In this document: piece after piece, positions 1 through 10,225 of the stretch
Layout of the letters: the number at the start of each line of letters is the position of its first letter
Position numbering within the stretch: the first letter of the stretch is position 1
Source: Myxococcota bacterium
Lineage (GTDB): Bacteria > Myxococcota_A > UBA9160 > UBA4427
Direction: 5' to 3'
Assembly (NCBI GenBank): GCA_965250285.1
Contig: OZ252299.1
Span: forward strand, 1,856,001 to 1,920,000
Length of the DNA: 64,000 nt
Translations under genes and position numbers: made by a program
Notes under the pieces: generated by a model
The model's input: the letters and a program-made list of their open reading frames with translations, nothing else
What the model was told of the DNA's origin: nothing
Databases searched by the model: none

Positions 1-553
1 GACGTGCCGACTCGAGATCGACGAGGCCGTCCAGCGGATCGTGGACCCGTGCCTCCCCGCCCCCCTTCGCCGCCAGGGGAATCGTCATGGCGTTGACCGA
101 GAAGTCGCGACGCAGGAGATCCTCGTCGATCGTCGCCCACGCGACCTCGGGCAGCGCGCCCGGCCGCCGGTAGGTCTCGGTGCGAGCCGAGGCGAGGTCG
201 ACGTGGGCGCCTTCTTCTTCGATTCGCACCGTGCCGAATCGGCCATGGGTCACGACGCGGCCCCCCGATGAGGCGAGCTGCTCGGCCAGTCCGCCCGCCG
301 GCGACGCGTCGGCGTCGAACGTCGCGAACCCGTTCGGGTCGCGCGGCGCGATCAAGAGGTCGACGTCGCGAATCTCTCGGTCCAGCAGCAGGTCGCGCAC
401 CGGGCCGCCCACGAGATGCGCCTCGAGCCCCGCTTCGGCCGCGGCGGCGACCGCACGACGCACCATGCGCTGGGTGTCGACGGGCAGCGCGGCGAGCAGC
501 TCGGAGGTGCGCCAGCTCGTCGATGCGGGCCGGCGTGCCGCGCTCACCGGCAT
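1..553 (-). CDS. cca: tRNA nucleotidyltransferase (class II, CCA/A-adding family), 3' end truncated by window edge
   Basis: Manual translation from ATG at 553 gives [39 protein letters not shown] and [13 protein letters not shown]. Not in the ORF track because it runs off the window. Confidence 0.88.
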   Translation of the reverse strand, partial: MPVSAARRPASTSWRTSELLAALPVDTQRMVRRAVAAAAEAGLEAHLVGGPVRDLLLDREIRDVDLLIAPRDPNGFATFDADASPAGGLAEQLASSGGRVVTHGRFGTVRIEEEGAHVDLASARTETYRRPGALPEVAWATIDEDLLRRDFSVNAMTIPLAAKGGGEARVHDPLDGLVDLESAR

Positions 554-578
554 CTGCCTGCGAGGTCGAAACGACGGC

Positions 579-1520
579 TCACCGTCGACCCCCTGGGCCG
601 GCCCCGCGCGGATGACGGGCCTCGACCGTTTCGCGCAAGCGCCCTCGGCTCACGTGGGTGTAGACCTCGGTCGTCGCGAGGTCGGCGTGTCCGAGCATGG
701 CCTGGATCGCGCGCAGGTCGGCGCCTCCCTCGAGCAGATCCGTCGCGAAGGCATGCCTCAAGACGTGCGGTGAGACCTTCTCGGCGGGTAAGTCAGCCTG
801 CAGCGCTCGTTTGCGAATGAGCGCGAAGAAGTTCTGCCGGGTCATCGCGCCGCCCCGCCGCGTGACGAAGACCGATGGTGAGCGCCCGCGGCTGCGCTCG
901 AGGAGCCGCGGACGCCCGTCGGCCAAGTACGCCTCGAGGGCATCGAGCGCCGCTTCTCCGATCGGCACCCAGCGCTCCTTGCGCCCCTTGCCCTCGACCC
1001 GCAGCAGGCCGCCGCGCCGATCGACGGCAGCCAGCGGCAAGGCCACCAGCTCACTGACGCGCAGGCCCGCGCCATAGAGCATCTCGAGCATCGACCGGTC
1101 GCGAAGACCCAGCGGCGTCCCGTCGTCACAGACGCCGATCAGGCGATCGGTCTCGTCGGGCAGCAGGACCTTGGGCAGCGTGCGAGCCGACTTGCCCGCG
1201 GTCACGCCTTCGAGGGGGTCGGTATCGAGCCAGCCCTCGGTCTGCGCATACGTAAACATGCGGCGCACGGCGGAGAGCATCCGCTGGCGCGTCCGCGGCG
1301 CGAGGCCGGCGTCGTCGAGGTCGTGCAAGAAGCCGACGACGTGGGTCCGCGTCACGTCGGCCACCCGGTCGACCCCCCGCGACGCGAGCGACGCATCGAG
1401 TCGCGCGAGGTCCGATGCGTACGCCGCCACCGTCGCCGGCGACAACCCTCGCTCGACCTTCACGTGCACCAGAAAGGCGTCGCGCAAGGCTTCGATGCTG
1501 CGCGCGCCTGCGCCGCTCAC
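579..1520 (-). CDS. xerD: site-specific tyrosine recombinase XerD
   Basis: Motifs [38 protein letters not shown] start at 1520 overlaps the glnD stop (GTGA). Confidence 0.9.
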   Translation of the reverse strand: MSGAGARSIEALRDAFLVHVKVERGLSPATVAAYASDLARLDASLASRGVDRVADVTRTHVVGFLHDLDDAGLAPRTRQRMLSAVRRMFTYAQTEGWLDTDPLEGVTAGKSARTLPKVLLPDETDRLIGVCDDGTPLGLRDRSMLEMLYGAGLRVSELVALPLAAVDRRGGLLRVEGKGRKERWVPIGEAALDALEAYLADGRPRLLERSRGRSPSVFVTRRGGAMTRQNFFALIRKRALQADLPAEKVSPHVLRHAFATDLLEGGADLRAIQAMLGHADLATTEVYTHVSRGRLRETVEARHPRGAGPGGRR

Positions 1521-4312
1521 GCGCCTTCCTCGTCGCTCTTCCCCTTGGCCGCCACGAGCAGGGCGTCGCGCAGCGAGGCGAGCATCTCGGGGTCGGTCGG
1601 CTTTCGTCCTTCGCCGTCCTTCAGGTAGAACGTGTCGGTGACCTGATCCTTGATCGTCGCAGCCTTCGAGATGTAGATCTCGAGGCCGAACTCGCCGATG
1701 CACTTCGTCACGTCGTGCAGCAGGCCGAGCCGGTCGTCGGCAATCACGTCGACCACCGTATAGAAGTCACTCTCTTCGGTCGTGATCGCGACACGCGGTG
1801 CCTTGCGCGTCGGCAAGGTGGCCTGGTACGAGCCGGGCAGGCGCCGGGCCCGCAGGTCTTCGACGCGAACGTCCCCTCGCACGACCCCTTCGAGCGACTC
1901 TCGAAGCTGTTCGAACGCGAGCTCCCGCTCGGCGTCACCACCCAGTGGCGTCGAGATGCGGTAGATCTCGAGCGCGAGCCCCTCGCGCGTCGTGTAGACG
2001 TGCGAGCCGAGGATGTTCAACCCATGGGCCGCGAGCGTGCCGGCCACCATCGAGTAGAGCCCGTGCACATCTCGGGTGCAGAGGATGAACTCGGTGAAGT
2101 CGGCACGCATTGGCCGAAACGCCGTCGTCACCGCCTTCTCTGGACCGTAGTCGAGCGCCACCTTCGCGTGGCGCGCGATCTGACGCGGCGTGTGGTTGAC
2201 GAAGTAGCGCCGATGCAGCCCGGCGAAGAAGGCTTCGGTTGCGCCGGGGTCGATGCCTTGCTCGGTCAGCTCCTGCTGGGCCCCATCACGGCGCTTCTCG
2301 ACCCGCGCCTCGATCAGATCCATCGCCTGATCGGCATCCGCGCCCGTCTCGAGCATCTCGGCCGCGCGCTCGTAGAGCTCGGCCAGGAGCTGGCCCTTCC
2401 AGTCGGTCCACGCGTCTCGGCTGCTCGCGCGAATGTCCGCAAAAGTGGAAAGGTAGAGATTGCGCAGGTTCGTCCGATCGCCGCAGAGCTGCGAGAACTC
2501 GTACAGCAGCTTCGGGTCGGACAGGTCTCGGCTCTGCGCGAGATGCGACATCAGCAGGTGATGTTCGACGACGAAGATGACGCGCTTCGACCGCTCCTCG
2601 TCGAGGCCGAGGCGCTCGACGAGCGGAATCGCTCGCACGACACCCTTCCTCGAGTGATCGCCGCCAAAACCCTTGCCGATGTCGTGCAACAGGCAGCCCA
2701 GAAAGAGCGCCGGGCGATCGTCGACCGACTGCATCAGCTGCGTCAACTCGGGCATGCCCCGCTCATACTTGCCCCGCCACAGGCGTCGCAGCTCTTCGAC
2801 GAGGAAGATCGAGTGCACGTCGACCGTGTACGTGTGGTAGATGACGTGCTGCCAGCGGCACACGATGTGCTGCCACTCGGGCAGGAACGTGCCGAGGAAG
2901 CCGACCTCGTTCATCGCCATCAGGCTGCGTGTCACGCGCTTCTCGCCGTTCAGGATGCGCTCGAACCCGGCCACCCAGGATGGATCGCTCCGCTCGACGT
3001 CGGTCACGAGGTCGAGGTTCTCCCGCACGAATCGCCGAGCCATGCGCGAAAGCGGTACGTCGTGCTTCTGAGCCACCTCGAAGGCGAGCAGCAGACGAAT
3101 CGGGCGCTCTCGCAGATGGGCCGAGTGCGGGATCTCGAGGTGGTCGTTCGCGAGCCGGAACCCGTCTTCGACGTCGACCGCGACGCGATCGGCCGGGTCG
3201 GCCCCCGACACCCGCGCCTGACACTGATCGATGATCAGCTCGCTGAAGTTCTGGATCACGCGCGCATGCATGTAGTACTCGCGCATGAACCGCTCGACCG
3301 GCAGGTCGGGATCATCGGCTTCGAGTCGCATCTCGAGCAGGCCGGTCTCGGCCGGCTGCGGAGGCTCGGGACGGTGGTTCATCGCGTAGGCCTCGGTCGA
3401 GCCGTACCCGAGTCCGTCGGCGACGAGTTCCTGAAGCTCGAAGCTCATCTGGTCAGTCGCGCGCTTCGTGCGCAGATGCAGCTCGTTGCGCACCCGCCAG
3501 AGAAAGTCGAGCGCCGCGCGGTAAGTCTGCATCTCGCCGTCGGTCAACAGTCCGAAGTGCAGCAGATCGTCGAGATCGCGCAGCGAGGGCTGGGCGGCGC
3601 GCGCCACCCAGTACGCCGTGTGGTAGTCGCGCAGCGTACCCGCGCCCTCCTTGACGTTGGGCTGGAGCAGGAAGAGAGATTCGCCAAAGTCTTCGTGGCG
3701 TGCCTGCTTCGTCTCGACGACCTCGGCGATGAACGCGGGCACGTCGGGCACCAGCTCACTGCGCATCCGGTCGGCAAAGACGTGAAAGAACTCGCCATCG
3801 CCGCACAGGAAGCGGGCCGTGAGGATGCCCGTTCGCACGGTGACATCCTCGCGGCCGAGCGAGACGGTGTCGTCGAGCGTGCGGGTCGCGCAGCCGACGG
3901 AGAGCCCCGAATCCCAGAGCCAGTACTGAAGCCGCTCCGCGATGCCGGCGACGTAGGGGCTGAGCTCGTCGCGGTAGAGGATCAACAGATCGACGTCGCT
4001 GTGGATCGACATCTCGCGGCGGGCATAGCCGCCGACCGCGAGGACCGACAGCCCCCGCTCGACCTGCCCCCCGTCGCGCAGGTGATGCTCCTCGGCCAGA
4101 ATGAAGAGGCGGCGCACGAGGCGATCCATGAAATCGGAGTTCGCCTCGTTGACGGCCCGCCCCGACGCCGATTCGGCGTGCACCTCGGCCAGTCGGGCAC
4201 GGGCGTGCTCGAGATACGCCCGCACCGCCATCGGCACCTTGCGGCTGATCGGCCCGTCTTCGGCCAGCGCCTTATCGAGCTCGGCGTCGATGTTCGGCTG
4301 CGTCGTGCTCAT
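1517..4312 (-). CDS. glnD: [protein-PII] uridylyltransferase/uridylyl-removing enzyme
   Basis: GGYARREMSIHSDVDLL nucleotidyltransferase motif, PNVKEGAGTLRD, HTYTVDVH, LLHDIGKG HD motif, two C-terminal ACT domains. Confidence 0.95.
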   Translation of the reverse strand: MSTTQPNIDAELDKALAEDGPISRKVPMAVRAYLEHARARLAEVHAESASGRAVNEANSDFMDRLVRRLFILAEEHHLRDGGQVERGLSVLAVGGYARREMSIHSDVDLLILYRDELSPYVAGIAERLQYWLWDSGLSVGCATRTLDDTVSLGREDVTVRTGILTARFLCGDGEFFHVFADRMRSELVPDVPAFIAEVVETKQARHEDFGESLFLLQPNVKEGAGTLRDYHTAYWVARAAQPSLRDLDDLLHFGLLTDGEMQTYRAALDFLWRVRNELHLRTKRATDQMSFELQELVADGLGYGSTEAYAMNHRPEPPQPAETGLLEMRLEADDPDLPVERFMREYYMHARVIQNFSELIIDQCQARVSGADPADRVAVDVEDGFRLANDHLEIPHSAHLRERPIRLLLAFEVAQKHDVPLSRMARRFVRENLDLVTDVERSDPSWVAGFERILNGEKRVTRSLMAMNEVGFLGTFLPEWQHIVCRWQHVIYHTYTVDVHSIFLVEELRRLWRGKYERGMPELTQLMQSVDDRPALFLGCLLHDIGKGFGGDHSRKGVVRAIPLVERLGLDEERSKRVIFVVEHHLLMSHLAQSRDLSDPKLLYEFSQLCGDRTNLRNLYLSTFADIRASSRDAWTDWKGQLLAELYERAAEMLETGADADQAMDLIEARVEKRRDGAQQELTEQGIDPGATEAFFAGLHRRYFVNHTPRQIARHAKVALDYGPEKAVTTAFRPMRADFTEFILCTRDVHGLYSMVAGTLAAHGLNILGSHVYTTREGLALEIYRISTPLGGDAERELAFEQLRESLEGVVRGDVRVEDLRARRLPGSYQATLPTRKAPRVAITTEESDFYTVVDVIADDRLGLLHDVTKCIGEFGLEIYISKAATIKDQVTDTFYLKDGEGRKPTDPEMLASLRDALLVAAKGKSDEEGA

Positions 4313-5580
4313 CTTGCCCCCACGGCCGGCAGTCGATCACCGTCGGACGAGGCTCGAAGCGTATCGGTTTTCGAGACCGAGTTGCGGTAGTGGCCGAGTC
4401 CGGCCGCGATCTGGGCAGCGAACGTGTCGAGATAGCGCTCACTTCGCAAGAGCGACGCGTCGCGCTTGTTCGTCAGGAACCCCGTCTCGACCAGGATCGA
4501 GGGCATGCTCGACATGAACAGCACGTAGAACGGGCCACGCTTCACGCCGAGATCGGGGCTGCCCCGGTAGACCGAATCCAGCCCCGTGATCACGTCGTGA
4601 TGAACGATCTCGGCCAGCTTCTTCGAGTGGACGGAGGCCTCCGAAACCCGCAGCTTCGCGAGCGTCCGCTGCAGCCCGTCGACGTGGCGCGGCTGGATGC
4701 CGTTCTCACGCGCGGCCACCTCGATCGAGTGGCGCTCGTGATTCTCGTCGAGATAGTAGATCTCGATGCCCCGCGTCGAGCGCCGGCGCGACGCGTTGGC
4801 ATGGATCGATACGAAGACATCCCCGCCAGCCGATTCGGCGATGGCCGTCCGCTCTTCGAGGTCGACGAACCGATCGTCGTCCCGCGTCATGAACACCCGA
4901 AAGCTGCGCGCCTCGAGCCGACGTTTGAGCAGCTTCGCGAGCTTCAGGTTGACGACCTTCTCGAACATCCCGCCATGGCCCACGGCACCAGGATCCTTCC
5001 CGCCGTGCCCCGGGTCGATCACGACCGTGCGCACCCGCCGAGCCGTCACGGGCAGGCGGCCGCTCTTGCTCTTGGAAGTCGACACCGAACGCGTCGGCGC
5101 GCCGACATTCGCGCCCCTCTCGCCGAACACGTCGATCACCAGACGATGGGGTGCCTCGAGGGTGAAGAGCCGGTGGCGACCGTAGCTCTGGAGGTCGATC
5201 ACGAGTCGCGAGTTGTGCAGGGTGTACTGGCCGAGGCGAACGTCCTGCAGCAGACCGTCTTCGATCGGGATGCCCTCGAGGTAGTCGCGTCCGACCCACA
5301 CGCCGGCGATGTCGATGTAGAGCCGATCCGGCCGATTCGCCTTGCGGTTCGCCGCGAGTCGCGTGAGATCCTCCGACACCAGATCGACCGGCGCCGTCAG
5401 CTCGACGACGACCCGCGTGTAGTCGGGATACGACCATGTACGCACCTCGCGCACGTCGGCGAGGCCCTTCGGCCGCTCGGCGGCGATCGCCACGAGCGCC
5501 ACGAAGGCGAGCACAGCGATCCAACCGAGCCGCCGCGCGTCCTTCCGGTTCGCAGTCTTGCGAGCGGAACGACCCGTCAC
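4309..5580 (-). CDS. N-acetylmuramoyl-L-alanine amidase (AMIN + Amidase_3)
   Basis: N-terminal signal/TM segment, YTRVVVEL AMIN-like region, VVIDPGHGGKDPGA, FVSIHAN, ILVETGFLTN. Confidence 0.92.
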   Translation of the reverse strand: MTGRSARKTANRKDARRLGWIAVLAFVALVAIAAERPKGLADVREVRTWSYPDYTRVVVELTAPVDLVSEDLTRLAANRKANRPDRLYIDIAGVWVGRDYLEGIPIEDGLLQDVRLGQYTLHNSRLVIDLQSYGRHRLFTLEAPHRLVIDVFGERGANVGAPTRSVSTSKSKSGRLPVTARRVRTVVIDPGHGGKDPGAVGHGGMFEKVVNLKLAKLLKRRLEARSFRVFMTRDDDRFVDLEERTAIAESAGGDVFVSIHANASRRRSTRGIEIYYLDENHERHSIEVAARENGIQPRHVDGLQRTLAKLRVSEASVHSKKLAEIVHHDVITGLDSVYRGSPDLGVKRGPFYVLFMSSMPSILVETGFLTNKRDASLLRSERYLDTFAAQIAAGLGHYRNSVSKTDTLRASSDGDRLPAVGAR

Positions 5581-8282
5581 GCATCCCCCTTCTTCGGCCC
5601 GAGCCGTGCGCTCAACCGCTCGATCAGAAGCAGCGCGTCCATGGGGGTGGTCTGGTTGGGATCGATCTCACGAAGCGCTTCGAGCGCCTCCTGCTCCTCG
5701 GCGCTCGGTGCCGCCATCTCTCCGCCAAGGGCGAGGGTCAGCTGGCCGTCGTCGGGTCGCGTGCGGACCCGCCCGTGCACTGCGCCGCTCGCCGAGGCCC
5801 CGCCCGCCTCGAGCTCGGCCAGGATCTCACGGGCGCGCTTCGTCACGCTCTCGGGCAGCCCCGCGAGCTGAGCGACCTGGATGCCGTAGCTGCGGTTCGC
5901 GCCGCCCGGCACCAGGCGACGCAGAAAGACCACCTCGTCCTTCCACTCGCGCACCTGGAAGTGGTAGTTCGCCAGCCGCGGTCGAGACTCTGCGAGCTCG
6001 ACGAGCTCGTGATAGTGCGTCGCGAAGAGCGTGCGCGCTTCGAGCCCCTTCGTATCGTGCAGGTGCTCGGCGACCGACCACGCGATCGAGAGGCCGTCGA
6101 ACGTGCTCGTGCCGCGACCGATCTCGTCGAGAATGATCAGACTGCGCCGCGATGCCTGACGAAGGATGTCGGCGGTTTCGCGCATCTCGACCATGAACGT
6201 CGATTCGCCGCGCGCCAGACGATCCGAAGCGCCCACGCGCGTGAAGATGCGGTCGACGACGCCGACCTTGGCCGCCGCCGCCGGCACGTAGCTGCCAATC
6301 TGCGCCATCAACACGATGAGCGCGACCTGGCGCAGGTAGGTGCTCTTGCCCGACATGTTCGGGCCGGTCAACAAGAGGATCTGCTGCCCATCGCAGTCGA
6401 GGTGTGCGTCGTTCGCGACGAAACCGTCGCCGTGGGCCGAACGCAGCATCGCCTCGACGACGGGGTGACGGCCGTCCTTCACGTCGATCACGAAGCCCGC
6501 GTCGACCTCGGGGCGCGACCAGCCCTCGCGGCGCGCGCAGGTGGCGAGAGACTGCAGGGCGTCGAGCTCGGCGACCCGGTCGGCGGCGGCACGCACCCGC
6601 TCGGCGACCCCGACCACCGCTTGACGCAGCGACTCGAAGATCTCGCGCTCGAGGGCCGCGGCGCGTTCGTTCGCCCCCATGACCGTGCTCTCGACCTCTC
6701 GCAGCTCGGGTGTCGTGAAGCGTTCGACGTTGGCGAGGGTCTGTTTTCGCTCGTACTCGGCGGGCACCTTGTCGAGCTGTGCCTTCGAGACCTCGAGTGA
6801 GTAGCCGTGCACGGGGTGGTACCGGACCTTCAGGTTCGTGATGCCGCTGCGCTCGCGCTCGGTCGCTTCGAGGCCGGCGATCCACTCGCGGCCCTTGGTC
6901 GCGCCCTCGCGAATCGCGTCGAGCTCACCGCGGAAGCCGGCGCGGATGTAGCCCGTCTCGTTCGCCCCTCGCGAACCCTTGGCGATCACGGGCGGATCAT
7001 CGATCAGCGCCTCCTCCAGCAGCTGTGTCAGGTCGGGCAGCGGCTCGGGGCCCACGAGCCCGGCGGGCGGCGACGGCGCAACGGCCGCTTCGATCGCACC
7101 CCCAGCCGCCTCGGCGAGCGCGGCGTTGACCCTGGGCAGCGCCGCCAGGCTCGCACGCAGGAGCCCGAGATCGCGCGGCACTGCACCGGGTCGGATCGCC
7201 TTGGCCAGCAGCCGCTCGAGATCGCGCACGTCGCCCAGCGCATCGCGCACGCCATCGCGTATCCGATCGTGATCGTGCAGCCACGCGACGCTCTCTTGCC
7301 GTGCGAGCACGTCGGCGACGGCGTTCAGCGGGTAGGCGACCCAGCGCGCGAGCCTGCGCGCGCCGAGGGCCGTACGCGTCGCGTCGAGCTGCGCGATGAG
7401 CGTGCCTTTGCGGCCGCGGTCTTCGCTGTTCTCGAAGAGCTCGAGGTGCGTTCGCGTCGCGGTGTCGAGCACGACCGTCGATCCGAGCTCATACGCCCGC
7501 AGGCGCGGGATCGCGTCTCGAAAGGCGGGCTGATGCTCACCGACGTAGCCGATGATCGCCGCCGCTGCGCGCATGCCCGGGTCGCTGTCACTCGCTTCGA
7601 AGCCTTCGGGTGCCTCGGCGACCCCGGCGGGCTCGAAGGTCACGGCGTCGACCTCGGCGAGCACGGTATCGGGGATGCGCTCGTTCGCAGCGGGCGCGAG
7701 CTGTGCCCGCGCGGTGCCCTCGACCAGCAGCTCGCGCGGACCGATGCGCTCGAGCTCGGCCCACACCGACAGGGGGAGGCCGGCTTCGTGGCCGCCACTC
7801 GCCGGAATCGTCGTGCAGCGAAAATCGCCCGTCGACGCGTCGAGCGCGGCGATGCCAATCGCGTCGTCGCCGACGTCGAGCGCGGCCAGGGCCACCTCGA
7901 CCCGCCCGTCGAGGCCCTCGGGATCCCCCACCAGGCCCGGCGTCACGACCTCGACCACTTCACGTCGCACGAGCCGCCGACCACCGGCCTGCTTCGGGTC
8001 TTCGACCTGCTCGCACACGGCGACACGATGACCGAGCCCCGCAAGCTGCCGGATGTACTGATCGGCGCTGTGCACCGGCACACCACACATCGGCACAGCG
8101 TCGGCCTTGCCCTTGTCGCGCGTCGTGAGTGCGATGTCGAGGAGCGGCGCCGCCCGCTCGGCGTCGTCCATGAACATCTCGTAGAAGTCGCCCATGCGAT
8201 AGAAGATGATCGCGTCGGGATGCTCGGCCTTGATCGCGAGGAACTGCTTCATCATGGGTGTGTCGAGCGCCGACTTGGTCAC
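5577..8282 (-). CDS. mutS: DNA mismatch repair protein MutS
   Basis: TPMMKQF, RMGDFYEMF, TGPNMSGKSTY, STFMVEM, DEIGRGTST, FATHYHEL. Confidence 0.97.
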   Translation of the reverse strand: MTKSALDTPMMKQFLAIKAEHPDAIIFYRMGDFYEMFMDDAERAAPLLDIALTTRDKGKADAVPMCGVPVHSADQYIRQLAGLGHRVAVCEQVEDPKQAGGRRLVRREVVEVVTPGLVGDPEGLDGRVEVALAALDVGDDAIGIAALDASTGDFRCTTIPASGGHEAGLPLSVWAELERIGPRELLVEGTARAQLAPAANERIPDTVLAEVDAVTFEPAGVAEAPEGFEASDSDPGMRAAAAIIGYVGEHQPAFRDAIPRLRAYELGSTVVLDTATRTHLELFENSEDRGRKGTLIAQLDATRTALGARRLARWVAYPLNAVADVLARQESVAWLHDHDRIRDGVRDALGDVRDLERLLAKAIRPGAVPRDLGLLRASLAALPRVNAALAEAAGGAIEAAVAPSPPAGLVGPEPLPDLTQLLEEALIDDPPVIAKGSRGANETGYIRAGFRGELDAIREGATKGREWIAGLEATERERSGITNLKVRYHPVHGYSLEVSKAQLDKVPAEYERKQTLANVERFTTPELREVESTVMGANERAAALEREIFESLRQAVVGVAERVRAAADRVAELDALQSLATCARREGWSRPEVDAGFVIDVKDGRHPVVEAMLRSAHGDGFVANDAHLDCDGQQILLLTGPNMSGKSTYLRQVALIVLMAQIGSYVPAAAAKVGVVDRIFTRVGASDRLARGESTFMVEMRETADILRQASRRSLIILDEIGRGTSTFDGLSIAWSVAEHLHDTKGLEARTLFATHYHELVELAESRPRLANYHFQVREWKDEVVFLRRLVPGGANRSYGIQVAQLAGLPESVTKRAREILAELEAGGASASGAVHGRVRTRPDDGQLTLALGGEMAAPSAEEQEALEALREIDPNQTTPMDALLLIERLSARLGPKKGDA

Positions 8283-9316
8283 GCGTCGCCTCCCGACCCG
8301 CCGCTCGCATCCTGCGCCCGCTTCTCGAGCTGGTCGAGCATCGACTCGTATGCGGTCAGGGCGTCGTCGTAGCGGCCCTGATCGAGCAGGATCCGGCCCA
8401 GCCGCATGCGCAGTGCGTCGTCATTCGGCCAGCGCACGAGCCCGGCCTCGATCACCTCGAGCGCTTCATCGACCCGATCTGCGTCGGCGAGCGCGCGGGC
8501 GAGCGCATCGACGAGCGCGCTTCGGTCCGAGTGCTGGCGCGCGGCTTCGCGCAGATAGCCGATGTAGTCGCCGCGACGCCCGGCCCCTTCCGGCCATGCC
8601 CGTTCGAGCCGCGGCAGGATCTCTCGCGCCCGACCGGGATCGGCGTCGAGCGCCTTCGCCAGCTGATCGACGACCCGCTTTGGCCGCTGCGCTCGCTCTT
8701 CGATGTCGGCCAGGATCAGCCGGGGATCGGCCTGGCCGAAGTCGGCCTTGATCGCGCGCTTCGCCGCGTCTCGCGCGACGTCGTCCCGCCCCTCTGAGAA
8801 TCGCTTGCGCGCGATCGACGTGAGCAGTTGGCCCTCTGTCTCGCGATCGCGAGCGCCGCGCAGCTTCGCCCGGCGCCGCTCGATCACGAGCGCGCGCTCT
8901 TCATCGCCGTGCGCCGGCAGCAGACGCGCGAGTCCGGCCAGCGCCGCGGCGTGGTCGGCATCGCGCTCGAGGACCTGCTCGAACGTTGCGATCGCGCGCG
9001 CGACGTAGCCGCCCGCGTCGAAAGTCTGGCCGAGGCCTGCGAGCACAGCGATGCGCTGCTCGTCGTCGAGGTCGTTGCGCAGGTTGAGGTTCTCGTAGAG
9101 CGCGATGGCGCGTCCGGTTTCGCCCCGACGACGGAACACCTCGGCGAGGCCGAGATAGGCGTCGATCTCGTTTGAGTGATCGCGCACCAACCCCTTCAAC
9201 ACCCCCTCGGCTGCGACGTCGTCGCCCGAGATCAGGTGCCGCAGCGCCCGGCGCAGCCGCCGCTCGGGCGGACCGCCGGCGCTGCGCCAGCGTCGAAGGG
9301 TGCTTCGAAGACGCAC
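8279..9316 (-). CDS. TPR protein, LapB/YciM-like
   Basis: TPR pattern including LAEVFRRRGETGRAI; sits directly after a LapA-like gene; no C-terminal rubredoxin cysteines. Confidence 0.7.
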   Translation of the reverse strand: MRLRSTLRRWRSAGGPPERRLRRALRHLISGDDVAAEGVLKGLVRDHSNEIDAYLGLAEVFRRRGETGRAIALYENLNLRNDLDDEQRIAVLAGLGQTFDAGGYVARAIATFEQVLERDADHAAALAGLARLLPAHGDEERALVIERRRAKLRGARDRETEGQLLTSIARKRFSEGRDDVARDAAKRAIKADFGQADPRLILADIEERAQRPKRVVDQLAKALDADPGRAREILPRLERAWPEGAGRRGDYIGYLREAARQHSDRSALVDALARALADADRVDEALEVIEAGLVRWPNDDALRMRLGRILLDQGRYDDALTAYESMLDQLEKRAQDASGGSGGDA

Positions 9317-9321
9317 GTCGA

Positions 9322-9693
9322 TCAGCGCCCCCGTGCGACCCGCGACGGCGGCGCGTCGGGGATTGTTTCGGGCGCTTCAGCGAGCTCGGTGAGATCGCCG
9401 TCGATGGGCTTGTTCCGAAAGTCACTCAGCTCGGCCTCGAGCCGACGCAGCACGCGCTGCAACCGTCGAATCTCGACCCGATTCTTGAGCATGGCGAGCC
9501 CGAGATAGAGCGCGCTGATCGCCATCCCGAGCAGCCAGGACCCGAGCACGACCTTCCAGACGGCCAAGGGTTCGGTCTCGCCGAACAGATAGTGAACCGG
9601 CACCGTCTGCGGATTGCCGTGAGCGAACCGCCACCCCGCGACGAGCAGCGCCACGAAGAGCAGAACGGCCAGCAGTCTGCGCATGATGGTCAT
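9322..9693 (-). CDS. LapA (DUF1049) family membrane protein
   Basis: Two TM segments around N-x-Q-x-V, then a coiled-coil; ihfB-lapA-lapB synteny. Confidence 0.75.
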   Translation of the reverse strand: MTIMRRLLAVLLFVALLVAGWRFAHGNPQTVPVHYLFGETEPLAVWKVVLGSWLLGMAISALYLGLAMLKNRVEIRRLQRVLRRLEAELSDFRNKPIDGDLTELAEAPETIPDAPPSRVARGR

Positions 9694-9728
9694 CGGCGCC
9701 CCCCTTGCTCCGATGGTCGAGCGTGGTC

Positions 9729-10046
9729 TCAGTCGGCGTCCGAATCCGAATCCGGAAGCGGATCGGGCGCGTTGTCCACCATCTCCTTCAGCTCCTTGCC
9801 CACCTTGAAGAACGGCGTGCGCTTGGCGCTGATGTGAACCGGCTCGCCCGTCTTCGGGTTTCGCCCGTCTCGCGCTTCGCGGATCTTCACCTGAAAGCTC
9901 CCGAAGCCGCGAATCTCGATGCGGTCGCCCGTGCGAAGGGCTTCGATCATCGAGTCGAAGATCGTGTTGACCACGACCTCGGTGTCCTTCTTGGAGATGT
10001 GCGGCGTGCGCCGGGCCACCTCCTCGATCAACCCACTCTTGGTCAT
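9729..10046 (-). CDS. ihfB: integration host factor subunit beta
   Basis: MTKSGLI..RIEIRGFGSF..GRNPKTGE..PFFKVGKELK; start placed at ATG 10046. Confidence 0.93.
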   Translation of the reverse strand: MTKSGLIEEVARRTPHISKKDTEVVVNTIFDSMIEALRTGDRIEIRGFGSFQVKIREARDGRNPKTGEPVHISAKRTPFFKVGKELKEMVDNAPDPLPDSDSDAD

Positions 10047-10225
10047 CTTTCCCCCGCCCGAGTCATGGGCACCCGCCGAAGCGGGTGCGCCCCCCACCGT
10101 GGCCTCTCATTGCCGGGCTCGATGCGCACCACGGATCGCATCGCGCCGTCGTTCCGAACGTCGGCCCAGGGCCGGGGCCCCGGACCACCGCCCGGGGCCG
10201 AGGCCCCGGACGGCGTCCGAATCAC

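Noticed and set aside
579..1520. Tyrosine recombinase as a prophage or island integrase
   Set aside because: It has XerD-type sequence, is coupled to glnD in a housekeeping operon, and has no phage genes or att sites nearby.
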